64,000 nucleotides of DNA from Octopus vulgaris (lineage: Eukaryota). The translations under genes and the position numbers were made by a program. The stretch covers positions 12,834,001-12,898,000 of the forward strand of contig OX597815.1 of the NCBI GenBank assembly GCA_951406725.2, read 5' to 3'. Below, in pieces: positions 52,254-64,000 of this stretch (positions are counted from its first letter, which is position 1; each line of letters starts with the position of its first letter). The notes under the pieces are model-generated. The model was given only the letters and a program-made list of their open reading frames with translations. It was not told where the DNA came from and did not search any database.

Positions 52254-54104
52254 TAGTATTTAACGTAGCTGGGGATGTGTGATTTGTCAATATTTGTATT
52301 ACAAAGACTTTGACATTTATAAATTTTCTAAAAAAAAATGTAGGTTCAACAGGAGCACTACGGTGAATAATATTGTTCACGGTGGAAATAAATTTAATAT
52401 GGAGGGTAGGGATAGTGCAATTGTGAGTCGGGTGACTATAACAATTACACAGATATTAAGTTTAGGGTTAGTCCAATACTGAAACATATTCGAGGCAGTT
52501 AGCACTTATATGAAGAGTAATGGGTTTTGTATGGTGAATAGCAAGAATTATAGTAGCCGTGGCATCAGTAAGGAAGGCAGAGAGCTTTCGTCTTCAATAG
52601 AAGGAACACCACTGCAAACAAGGAAGCTAGCACCAAACAAAAAAGGCTGAAACCGAGCTTAAAATTTCTGCTAGCAATATCAAATAAATTCACCCAAATG
52701 ATACGTTATGGTTTCAATTAATAAAGCTCCGCTAACCAGCGATAATTACGACAAGGCTGTGTATATTTTTATTTAACACGTTCGTGTTCACTGAGGTGTA
52801 GAAATACCTTCTCTGCGGTAATTGTTTCGGGAAAGAAACATACCTTATTGACAATGTATGTGAGACCGCACCGACACGTATTTCTCTGAGGTAACGCTCT
52901 ATCGGCTAGTCATGCCGAATCTCTCGTTCCTAGCGTACTGATAAATTCCCTTCTTATATATAAATATGAAATAATATATTTGCTGGCGTGTGCAAACCAT
53001 AGTGACTCTGTCATTTTTCAGTAGAATGATATATCAAGTAATGTAATCTAGAGTACATGATGTCTGGCCAAAAATCAAAAATGATCTGGATAATCATGAC
53101 TGGAATGCCTTCGATTATGTGGAGGGTCTTTTTCAACGACAGTAATAACAATAACAAACAATTAGAATATGATAAATGTAGCTGATAATAAAAATAAAAA
53201 AAGGTACCATAATAACAATAAATTTGATAAGAAACTGAAAAACGGAATCGTAAACATCAGCTAAAATAATATTTCACTGTAATAACAAGAGTAACAATAC
53301 ATACAAAAATTGCTTTTTGACATGTCCACCAAGTCATGTACTCAAAATTGTTCTGTAAATTCGTGGAAGAGAGTTATCAAAAATAGCGACTGCCATAGTG
53401 CAGCTAGTTATCATAGATCTTGTTGTAGGCAAGATAAATTATCTACCGAAAATGTCGCTTTCACAATATGAGATAAAGGGAAAATATACTTGGTAAGTAT
53501 AAGAAGAATGTTGTTTGTGTATGGTGAGTTATGTTTCCAAGTAAAAAATAAAAATAAAATTAAAACTTTTCTTTAGAAGTGTGGAGGTAGGTGAGGAATC
53601 TGTACTTATGTGTCCGAAGAATTGAGATCGATTTATTCTTACATGAGTCATAGTATTTTTGACAGTGTGACACATATCTTTGCGTAGCACGCTATCTATC
53701 AATCAGGCGCAACAGAAAAATTAGCTGCAGGTAATAGATGCCGTGTATTCAATATTTGAGTAATGGTTAGATTTGAAATTATTGTCTCAGGTTTTCCGGA
53801 ATCGAGGAACCCTGGGAAAAAAATCATTCAAACCATTCTATTAGCATCTCATTCTTACACGATTTCAAGCTGATTCTCCCGGGATATATTTCCGCGATGT
53901 TCAGGTCTTCAACTAACACTACTAAAAACAAGACGAATTATTCAACCATTCACGGTGCATTTTCTAGACATAATTTTCTTTACTACTACTTTCACTATTA
54001 GTAACTGATAACATTGTTGCACACATCACTCACCTGTCACCTATCACTCACTCTCTCCTAATTCTCTCTCATTTCCTTTGTCTTCCTTTCTCTTTCATTT
54101 TATA

Positions 54105-54335
54105 TATTTCTTTATTGCCCACAAGGGGCTAAACATAGAGGGGACAAACAAAGACAGACAAAGGTATTAAGTCGATTATATCGACCTCAGTGCGTAACTG
54201 CTACTTAATTTATCGACCCCAAAAGGATGAAAGGCAAATTCGACCTCGGCGGAATTTGAACTCAGAACGTAACAGCAAACGAAATACCGCTAAGCATTTC
54301 GCCCGGCACGCTAACGCTTCTGCCAGCTCGCCGCC
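54105..54335 (-). mobile_element. SINE group N copy
   Basis: Full colinear copy of 17194-17427. Confidence 0.92.
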
Positions 54336-56041
54336 TTTCTCTTTATGCAGATGAAAACAACCTATGCATAATGTAGAGATTCATTAAAATACCTATTTGA
54401 AGGCAATTAAATTTGCTTTCGCTTCTAGATAAATATAAAAAATATGTCAATTTTGTCCATACTTTTACCTACGACACCTCGTGATATATACATTCATTCA
54501 TCAGCATACAGAAAAGTGTTCCATTCCTACTTATAATAACTCCAGTAACTTACTTTCGTTTCTAAGAAACAGCCAAATTGATGGCTTTTTTTTGTTTTGT
54601 ATTTGAGATTTTTGTTGCCGCAGTTTCTCTTTATGGCGATATTGCTGCTTTTGGTATTGATCAAGTCGTTTTCGTATTTTACTAAACTGACCTAAAGTTC
54701 ATTTTAAACTATGCAATCAATGCATTTGCATAATTGAAAAAAAATCATTTCTGGCTGTCTAATCATTGCAAAATCTGAATATATTTAAAAATAATAGTTA
54801 CCTACACAACACATTCAATTGGATGCTACACACGCCTAGGAATGTGCTGACATTTTCATACTGTGTAGCAAGTCGTAGGACAATATCATAGCGACAGTTA
54901 CTTTGCTCGTGCTTGCTTCTACGGTTAAGAAACCCAAGAACGTCGGGAACCAGAGGCAAACGCTTGGAATATGATAGAGAGTTTGATACCTTCTGGCCCA
55001 AACACCAACCGTAAATCGTTAAACTACATTAGTAGTGAAATTGAAATTATGCATAACATGGGGTACATACATGAAGCAAAGCATCAAGATTTATCGTGAA
55101 TATAGATACAATAAATATTAATAAGCCGAAAACAGTTTGAACATAAGAAAACATACTAGGTGTCATAACCTTACCCACAGTTCAATTCACTATATCCTAC
55201 GCGAAACATTTCAAGTGAAGAGAATAATGTGGAAAATATATTGATCTCCACAGCACACATGACAAAACCGTTATAAATTATCATCTAGTAAAGCAACACA
55301 TATTCTATTATCACTAACCAAAAATATAACTCATCCCACACAGCCAGCGTATCGACTCAATCAACACCCAATAAAATAATACGTTCTGGCATAATTGTCA
55401 CGTGCTATCACATCAACGATTCAAGTAATTCATATTCTACAAATTTGCCTTGCAACACATCACAACGAAAACATTAACACAACACATGTTACATCCGAAG
55501 ATAACCATCGAGAATTATAAATACTGAACACATATAACACCCTATCACACCTTAGCAAAAAAACAAGTAATATAAATCACATAATTCATCTACTAAACAA
55601 CGGGAAATACCACGAAGGCAATGAACGGTGCGAAGAACAAAACAACAGAAGGAAACAAACACGCATTAAACGTTATATTGGCAAATATATGTGAAGCAGA
55701 AGTTAAAAATTGATCTGGTGGAGATTACACGACAATATCAATATTCACAAATAATGAGGTATACACCTTGTTATATACACCGGAGTCTCAGATGTAAATA
55801 GACACATTTATTATTTTTTTTATATAAATATTTCTAGGAACAAAAATAACCTGATTTGAATAATTTAAAGACTGTATCTAGAATTTATTAGACATACCTT
55901 GTACGATTTCTAATGGTTCAACATATTTGGACATCGTACTAACGAGTAGTATCTGCAGATATGTGTAACTATTTACTTTCCTGATGTCTATATTATATTT
56001 TCACGCACTTTCTCACCAAACATATTTCCTAACCTAATATA

Positions 56042-56596
56042 CAGGGTGAACTAAAATGATATGACACATTTGGATGCTTAATAAAAACACAAAATACGAA
56101 ATAATGAAAAGAAAAAATTAATTTTCTGAATGTACATATAATGCCATTTTATTTCATTAAGTTTTAAAAATTAAATCGGCTAAATGCTTCCCATCCTTGT
56201 CAACACACTGTTGGAGACGTTTATGAAAGTTATCGATAAATCTATGGATCATTTCTTCTGGAATGGTGAAATGTGATTTCTTCTTGTGAGGATATTTAAA
56301 ATCAAAAGTATTCAGTCATCGCCCTCGAGCTATTGATGAAGTAAAACGTGCAATCTGTGTAGAAATAGCAACCATTCCAGAAGAAATGATCCAAAGAGTT
56401 ATCGATAACTTTCATGAACATCTCCAAGAGTGTGTTGACAGTGATGGGAAGCATTTAGCCGATTTAATTTTAAAAACTTAATGAAATAAAATGGCTTTAT
56501 ATGTACATTCAGAAAATAAAATTTTTCTTTTCATTATTTCTTATTTTGTGCTTTTATTAAGCCTCCAAATATGTCGGATCATGTTGGTTAACCCTG
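56042..56596. mobile_element. Tc1/mariner-superfamily fold-back MITE made of two inverted 3' ends (~225-bp arms)
   Basis: TA|CAGGGTGAAC ... GTTAACCCTG ends; arms reverse-complementary; centre and right arm encode CDFFL*GYLKSKVF..PRAIDEVKRAICVEIATIPEEMIQRVIDNF (C-terminus of DD37D/DD41D-like transposases). Confidence 0.9.
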
Positions 56597-57272
56597 TGCA
56601 TTTAGAAAAATATATTTTATGGTATATGATCCAGAACGTTGCACTCTGTGTTCGAATGCAGACACGATCGACTGGATCGTTTGTCCATATTCATAAATAA
56701 AGATAATTGCTGGAATGTTTACTGGAAGGAACGCAATGCCTTGCTATATATGCTCCGGCTGTTTGCGTTCTTAGAAGAAAACTCGTGCGTCGTACGTAAT
56801 CTGCAATCGGTGAAAGGACGAAACCTGGCCCTAAATAACTTTTGGAGGAACCATCTCTACTATAATCGCCAAGATAGATCACAGAATTAAGGGCACATTT
56901 GTCTCCATGTCATTAGTTTCCATGCCTCTGATCCTGAACTCAGCACTTCCCTCCTAAATAAGAAACAAATAAAACTAACATATACGTATAATCTTTTGTA
57001 AACCCTAATTTGTAATCTCTAATTTCTAGACTTTGATGATCTCGTGAATTATATAACGATATATGTTTGAATGTTAACATTGGAATTATATATTTCATAT
57101 ATATAAATTACATATGAAATTTAACATACGAATAATATAAAATTTGACGCAGCGTGCAGTAATTATCTCCGCCAGCGTGTATAATTAAGAAGTAAGGTAG
57201 ACTTAGGAATGTATTAATCTTTGCGATGCAAAAAATATTCGCTATATAAGGGGCTTCTTGATTATCATAATA

Positions 57273-57655
57273 CTAGCAGTATCGCCCGGCGTTGCTCAGG
57301 TTTGTAAGGGAAATAACTATAAAGCATTTTTAGAGAGTTATAGCCAAAAAATAGCAAAAAAATGGAAAAAAAATGATGGTAAATTTCTTTTGAGAGTTAA
57401 AAAGGTGGAGTCGCGTCCCCTAGACGGTCTGTGGTTTGGGTTTCTGATTCTCGACCCCATGTCGAATTTATCGATTTTTTTCAGAACTGGAGGAACTTTT
57501 CAAAATTTTCGGTGCGTTAGTTTTGAACTATGACATTGGGCTATGTGTGTGTCAAGTTTCATCAGAATCGGTTGAAAGCCGTGGTCAGAGTGAGGGTACG
57601 AGAAAACAGACACACAGAAAACGCACAGACAAACTGCCGTTTATATATAGAGAGA
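57273..57655 (-). mobile_element. non-autonomous Helitron
   Basis: Same 3' hairpin + CTAG end and adjacent ~110 bp as 27630; minus strand starts A|TCTCTCTATATATAAA. Confidence 0.85.
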
Positions 57656-57667
57656 TATATTAAGTGA

Positions 57668-57870
57668 GGCGGCAAACTGGCAAAATCGTTTGCACACGGA
57701 ACAAAATCCGTTTTAATGATCTGGGTTCAAATTCTGCCGAAGTCTACTTTGTTTTCCATCTCTTCAGATTCGACAAGATAACTACAAGTTGAACTCTAGG
57801 GTCGACATAAACACATAGCCGCTGTCACTATGCATTTCATTCCTGGAGATAATATGAAAAAGAATTATTA
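57668..57870 (+). mobile_element. degenerate SINE group N copy
   Basis: GGCGGCAAACTGGCAAAATCG...GGGTTCAAATTCTGCCGAAG. Confidence 0.65.
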
Positions 57871-58714
57871 AGTATCTCGGTAATTTACATTACTTTGGGC
57901 AGCGGTTGTTGATGTAAAAAAACGATCTGCTACCACAATCCTAACTGCCGGAAGAAAATATGATGGACGTGATAAAATATTGTACAAACTACAGGAAAAT
58001 AGAAACAAAAAAAAAATTTCAAAATCATATAAAACAGTAAAATTCGCATGTAAGAAATGTTTTGGTGTACTGAATTGTAATCCAAGAAAAATTAAGTCGA
58101 ATAGTTTTTGTATGGAAGCAATTCATACCATTTGTATTCTATACCTCAGATTCAAGAAGAAACCTCACATATACAAATGTTGATACATGAACAAAAGAGA
58201 AATTATAAATATGTGTGTGTGTGTGTGTGTTTGTAAATATATATGTATATATATATATATGTAGTTGACCAGCAGAAACTATTTAATCACTATTCAATAA
58301 AATCCACACTGAAAAATAAATAACTAAGAACAGACATTCTATATTTAATTTTCTGTGTTTAACTATTTGCGACAGTTCTTCATACATTGATGTATATAGT
58401 GCTTTCACTGTTGAAGTAATTGCATTGTAATATCTGCCATCTTGCAATCAGGTTTGCACTTAACAAAAAACGAGATTTGCAAAAATTGCAGATAAATAAA
58501 TTAAATTTCCATTATTAGATGCAATTAAAGCAAACACTTGTAGTAAAATGCTACAGATTTTAGTGTAACTTTTCCGATACAATCACTTAATGGATTATGG
58601 AGAATTAAAGTTTACCAAACTATTGAACAATATGAGAGAATCATATAGAAATACTTTTGATATTGTCTATCCTATTAATTTTCAAATGGAAAAAACATTA
58701 ATTTTATTTCCATA

Positions 58715-58824
58715 TATATGTGTGCGCCTGTGTGTGTCCGCATGTGTGTGCGTGTGTGTATGCATGTGTGCATGTATACATACATATATTCCATGTATGT
58801 ATGTCTATTATATATATATGTGTG

Positions 58825-58865
<41 letters not shown>

Positions 58866-59014
58866 GTATATCTATATATGCATGTGTGTATATACATATA
58901 TATTTATACGTATATAAATATATATACATATATATATATATATGCTTACATATATATACTTATATATACATATGTATGTATATATATATGTATATATATG
59001 TATATATATATATG

Positions 59015-59104
<90 letters not shown>
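58715..59104. repeat. long compound (TG)/(TA) microsatellite
   Basis: Direct reading; source of the many YIYI ORFs. Confidence 0.95.
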
Positions 59105-59107
<3 letters not shown>

Positions 59108-59399
59108 CTGTCCGTGTGATAAGGGGATTGCTTCCCAGAAACATGTTCCCAGGATCAGTCCCACTGCGTGGCACCTAGGCTACTTGCCCTCTATATTCTC
59201 AGGCCGGACAAGGCTATGTGATTGAATTGCTCTTTGCTCCGTAATTCATCAGCAAGAAGTGTTGTATATTGATGGGAATTTGAAAATGTATGCATATAAT
59301 ATTTCGTTTGCGAGCTTCAGAATCACGTGTAATATTTCAGTAAGCAGTGTATGTAAAACAAATATCTTGTGTTAATATTTGTGCGTACTGTTACATCCT

Positions 59400-60080
59400 T
59401 TGATTTACAAAGGTGATTGGTATATCATCGCTTTATTTATTATTTTTATTCTAGATTCTAATGACAATGATTTTTTTTGAAGAAGAAGAAGAAGGCATTA
59501 AATCCCTTTTCATTAGCCCGTGCTTATACGCTGAAGCTTTGCCAAACTACACGTCGCCAGGGAACGTTATATCTCATACGAGTAATCTTACTATTATCGT
59601 GAAGGCTTATATTCTGTTGTGTTTCCACGTCTCCTCTTCATGTTGCTCTTGCTGTAGAATACTTGTATTGCGATTATTTATGATCCTGGATATCTCTTAC
59701 AGTTTCAGCTATTCTATTTTGGTTGCAAATGAAAGTCTGAATGTATGTGAGGTTTCTTCAAAATCCTTTACGACAGTGATTCAGAAACAGTGTTTTCTCT
59801 AGTGAATATGTCACTTACTTTAAAAGATAACTGTCTTACAGCTCCTCGTTTTAGTACTTAGAAGACACGTTGAAAGCCGTTTTGTATGTAGACAAAGGCG
59901 TTGTTCTCTTGCTGAAGATGGTGTGTATGGAGATTAGGATAGTCCCACAATCGTATGATCCTACCCGGTATCCATAGTTTAAATATATAACGCCTTATAT
60001 GAAACGTTTTCTTCTTTTAATTTCTATTTTTATTCAGCCTCATCCAACGTATCTGTCATCTCCAAATATATCCCCCTCTC
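59400..60080 (-). mobile_element. possible highly decayed non-LTR retrotransposon fragment
   Basis: YLEMTDTLDEAE*K*KLKEE near 60040 resembles YLGILEADTIK..EMKEKIKKE of R4/Dong elements; single weak motif. Confidence 0.35.
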
Positions 60081-60549
60081 AGTTTGACAACGTAATAGAA
60101 ACAGCGCAATGATTGTAAGAAGAAAAGAAAACGTGAGAATATAAATTCGAAGAAATACACATCAATAAATAAAAAATCTATTGATATGCATTATGAACAC
60201 AAGCAACAAAGATTAGAAGTGCATGAAAGGATTCAAATTCTTGGTAACAAAACGGGAGCTTTTAGTTGCTCCTTGGTCTGGCAGAAAGCATGCAGTTAAA
60301 TTTGAAGCAAATTAAACCTTAAACGTATATTTATAGACAGATTGTTTTGTGAACTCTTAAAAACCCCATATACGCCATGTCTCATGTGATAAAACCTACA
60401 CACCAGCTGACTGACAACCAAATTAACTGATAAAAGAATTAAGCGTCCTAGGAATTTAAATAAATATTTACCACATACACACGCACTCACACATATATAC
60501 ACACATATATACACATATGTATATAGATATATATATATACATATATATG

Positions 60550-60584
<35 letters not shown>

Positions 60585-60654
60585 GTGACCTCGTGAGCAC
60601 CGCCATCAATTTTTTTCCTCTGTCTTCCCTTCTCGGGATCTTTCCTTCTCCTTT

Positions 60655-60689
60655 GTTTCCGACGAAGAGCTCCGCTCGAAACGTTAAAC
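60655..60689 (+). ncRNA. minimal hammerhead motif (CCGACGA) in a ~200-bp element (60585-60787) embedded in (TA)n
   Basis: GTTT-CCGACGA-a-GAGC tcc GCTC-GAA-ACGT-T^AAAC. Confidence 0.72.
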
Positions 60690-60782
60690 CCTTCTTCTTC
60701 CCTTCTTTCCTGAGCGTCCAATAATACTTTATTTGTTCCACGTCCTCGCGTTGCTGCGTTTTTTGTGTTTTCTTGTTTGGAT

Positions 60783-60843
<61 letters not shown>

Positions 60844-61108
60844 GAAATATGTTCCGAACAGAAAATATAAAATACCCCTGGAAATGTAAGGCTAAAATAT
60901 GAAAAATCAACGAAAATGTATTTTTCAAATAGAAAAAGGCTATTTATGACAGGCAGTGACAAATATATACATATAGATTGACTGAGGTAGCAATACGAGT
61001 CATAAAGTTGATTATTATGAGATGATTATAAGATGATAATAAAGTAAGAGAACAAAACGAACCAATGGTTTACGCAAAGGCTATTCATCGTTTGAACAAC
61101 ACCTGTTT

Positions 61109-61227
<119 letters not shown>

Positions 61228-61235
61228 TATATATA

Positions 61236-61285
<50 letters not shown>

Positions 61286-61391
61286 AATACATATATGTAT
61301 ATATATATATATATATATGTATATGTATAGATCGGTAGCCACTACACACATTTTTCTCTCCTTCTTTCTTTCCTTGATGTTTTCTGTGTCC

Positions 61392-61427
61392 GTTTCTGTA
61401 GAAGAGCGTAGGCTCGAAACGTAAAAT
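61392..61427 (+). ncRNA. minimal hammerhead-like motif (CUGUAGA, A6U) in a ~190-bp element (61330-61521)
   Basis: GTTT-CTGTAGA-a-GAGC gtag GCTC-GAA-ACGT-A^AAAT; shares the downstream TTCCTGAGCGT...TAATAC with the 60.6-kb element. Confidence 0.6.
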
Positions 61428-62173
61428 ACTATTTTGTATTCCTGAGCGTTATACTAATACATCTGTTTGTTTTCTACACAACCTATCTTCGTCTTTTGTA
61501 TTTTTGTTTTGTGAACTCTCTTATATATACCACTATGACAGTGCGTCTTCCCTGCATCATAGAGCAATATTCAAACCATCGTGTTTACAATAGGTAGCTG
61601 TTTATATTGGAACGCCCCCCCTCTCTCGTTATATTTAAAGGAGTGGATACGTTCTACATTTGATGCAGCTTCAGTTTGTTCATCAAAATTGTCCTTCTCT
61701 TCATATGGTATTGCAGACGTTTTAAGCGATAATTCTATATCTCTTCCGAATGTAATATTCAACGGATATTCAGAACAGCTGGTGATGATACGACTGATTT
61801 TCTCTATACTGTTTTCGCACCATCCACATTTTCTATTACAGATTGGAGATGTAGAAGTATGCATATTTCTCGCAAGGATGAGGTATTTAGCAGGTATATC
61901 CTATTCTCATATATAAAAGACAGCACCCTAAATAAAATGTTCTGTACCTATAGTAAGCGCAGGAGAAGTTACCGTTCCGTAGCCAGAATATATTCCCTTG
62001 CATATTTTTCTGCTGGTGTGAAGAGTATTTTTACTCTTTGCTTCTGTATTAGTGGGAGATTCCATCCACACATGACCAATATGAAACAACAGTACACTCA
62101 GAGTACCTTCAGGAGCACTTCATTTAATCTTATTTCCCTTTCACTGTTGAGTATACAAGTGATGCATTGAGTT

Positions 62174-62558
62174 GTGGAGGCGCAATGGCCCAGTGGTTAG
62201 GGCAGCGGACTCGCGGTCGTAGGATCGCGGTTTCGATTCCCAGCCCGGACGTTGTGAGTGTGTATTGAGCGAAAACACCTAAAACCTCCACGACGCTCCG
62301 GCAGGGATGGTGGTGATCCCTGCTGTACTCTTTCACCACAACTTTCTCTCACCCTTACTTCCTGTTTCTGTTGTACCTGTATTTCAAAGGGCCGGCCGTG
62401 TCACTCTCTGTGTCACGCTGAATATCCCCGAGAACTACGTTAAGGGTGCACGTGTCTGTGGAGTGCTCAGCCACTTACACGTTAATTTCACGAGCAGGCT
62501 GTTCCATTGATCGGATCAACCGGAACTCTATTCGTCGTAACCGACGGAGTGCTTCCAT
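62174..62558 (+). mobile_element. SINE group B copy
   Basis: 9-bp TSD ATGCATTGA at 62162-62170 and 62559-62567; colinear with 23225-23617. Confidence 0.93.
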
Positions 62559-63265
62559 ATGCATTGATTCCTCTCTTTTCTTTTCAATATGTGATTTCTA
62601 ATGGCCCGATACAACACTGATTCACCGTCGGAACTTTTCTTATGATTCTAACCTTATTCCTCGGTTTAATATAGATCCTCGATGTGTCACTACTGACATG
62701 AAAGTTACCAGATTTTGTCAACATTTTCGAGTCCCGATGCTCACGTTGTACTTGAAATACTGGTCGTTGGCTCTGTAGTGGAAAAGCATTGTGGAATATG
62801 ATTATATTCAATGTATACGGCTCTTGGACACAAATGTTGAGAGCAACTATTGAAGTATACTTTTGTTAGTTATGAGATCGTCTCGTCAAGTCTGAATATT
62901 TATAACTTTCTTTATTTGCGACAGGGGAGAAACGTAGATGATTGGCATCCATATAACTTGCTTTATCAACCATCTTTCTTCGTTTGGCCACCTAACATAA
63001 ATACTTTTCCAAACCAAATTACATCTCTACATTGCAGAGGAACATTTTGTCTCCTTCTAACAGTTTCTTGCTGTTGTTGCTCCTACACGAGATGTGGATG
63101 ACATTAATCTTCATTTCGGATACTACGATGTAACCTCCTTTGTATTTCCTTAAAGAACTGGCAAAGAAGCCAATTCCTGAGATGTACAACAGTACAGATA
63201 AACTATCATTCTGAATTATGTCTACTAATGACTTGATTGTGTTAGTGACTACAGTACAAGTTTTG

Positions 63266-63565
63266 TTTCTCTTCTCGAGCCACGCCTGGCTCATAAGGGC
63301 CGGTTTTCCCTGTTTCCTTGGCATATAGAGACCCCACCTGGACGGGACGCCGGTCCGACGCAGGTGAGCTGCAAAATGCAGGAGTAAAGAGTGAGAGAAA
63401 GTTGTGGCGAAAGAGTCAGCAGAGGTTTGCCATTACCTTCTGCCGGAGCCGTGTGGAGCTTAGGTGTTTCGCTTATAAACACACACATTGCCCGGTCTGA
63501 GATTCGAACCCACGACCCCTCGACAGCGAGTGCACTACTGTAACCACTAGGCCATGTGCCTTCAC
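63266..63565 (-). mobile_element. SINE with group B-like head, RTE/Bov-A-like middle and a third tail type
   Basis: 15-bp TSD with one mismatch ACAGTACAAGTTTTG / ACAGTACTAGTTTTG; B box GGTTCGAATC; GGCAGAAGGTAATGGCAAACCTCTGCTG; tail GGACCGGCGTCCCGTCCAGG...GGCTCGAGAAG. Confidence 0.9.
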
Positions 63566-63927
63566 ACAGTACTAGTTTTGGTACTTATAGATAGCTATGT
63601 GGGTCATTTTGTTTACATTTTCTTAATGGCACTGACTATAGTAATTGGTGGTATAGTGACCCCAATTATCCAGCGCAGGAAAAGATCAAAAGTAGGAAAA
63701 TAAGGAATTCAGATGCACCTTTCCATGGAGGGAAAAATGGTCATATGAAGGAAAGTATCCTTCTCCTTTTTACGTCACCACATATTTTTTTCTTTTATGA
63801 AGCCTTTCTTCCTTGCCAACCCCATCTCCACTACAAGTGTACATATTTCCCCCACATATACATGTTTGTACACGTGTAATAATACGAATACGTTTTATGC
63901 ATATAATTGTGAGCGTTTGAATGGATA

Positions 63928-64000
63928 TATGAGGCTGAGTAAAAAGTAAGCAACGTTTTGAAACATGGAATTCCTCACAATATATTTCAATAATGCGGAA
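63928..64000 (+). mobile_element. possible mariner terminal inverted repeat at the window edge
   Basis: TATGAGGCTGAGTAAAAAGTAA resembles TACGAGGG...AAAAGT mariner ends; only one end is visible. Confidence 0.3.

Larger units (their letters stand above)
61560..63760 (-). mobile_element. decayed R4/Dong-type LINE interrupted by two SINEs
   Basis: IIQNDSLSVLLYI (cf. GIFQGDSLS.LLF), KMLTKSGNFHVSSDTSRIY (cf. GNFH.NSD.DRLY), CNRKCGWCENSIEKISRIITSC (CCHC knuckle). 61900-62170 may belong to a different LINE. Confidence 0.7.

Noticed and set aside
54798-55001. Possible minus-strand exon ending AG|GTAACT (similarly 1034-1138)
   Set aside because: No recognisable protein similarity or partner exons; cannot be supported from sequence alone.

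Overview
AT-rich eukaryotic non-coding DNA, saturated with (TA)n/(CA)n/(ATT)n/(GATA)n microsatellites and retroposons. The SINE sequences look to me like those of octopus (coleoid cephalopod) genomes; this is recognition from memory, not a search result. I found no convincing host protein-coding exon: the ORF track is mostly microsatellite translations, SINE read-through and decayed transposon frames. Contents: three tRNA-headed SINE groups (about 20 copies), several decayed R4/Dong-type LINEs, an RTE fragment, a Helitron Rep/helicase relic, two non-autonomous Helitrons, a full-length dead mariner, a Tc1 relic, fold-back MITEs and four Penelope-like (GIY-YIG) fragments. The most notable signal is a set of seven well-formed minimal type I hammerhead ribozyme motifs with five different catalytic-core sequences, plus several decayed ones. 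One has a reciprocal G3:C8 swap. Two belong to a short element joining a tRNA-derived (Pol III B-box) head, an (AAT)n spacer and a hammerhead, inserted as a ~715-bp fold-back at 41.8-42.5 kb; it is a candidate Penelope-mobilised 'tRNA-ribozyme SINE'. All ribozyme calls rest on manual folding, and no activity is shown.
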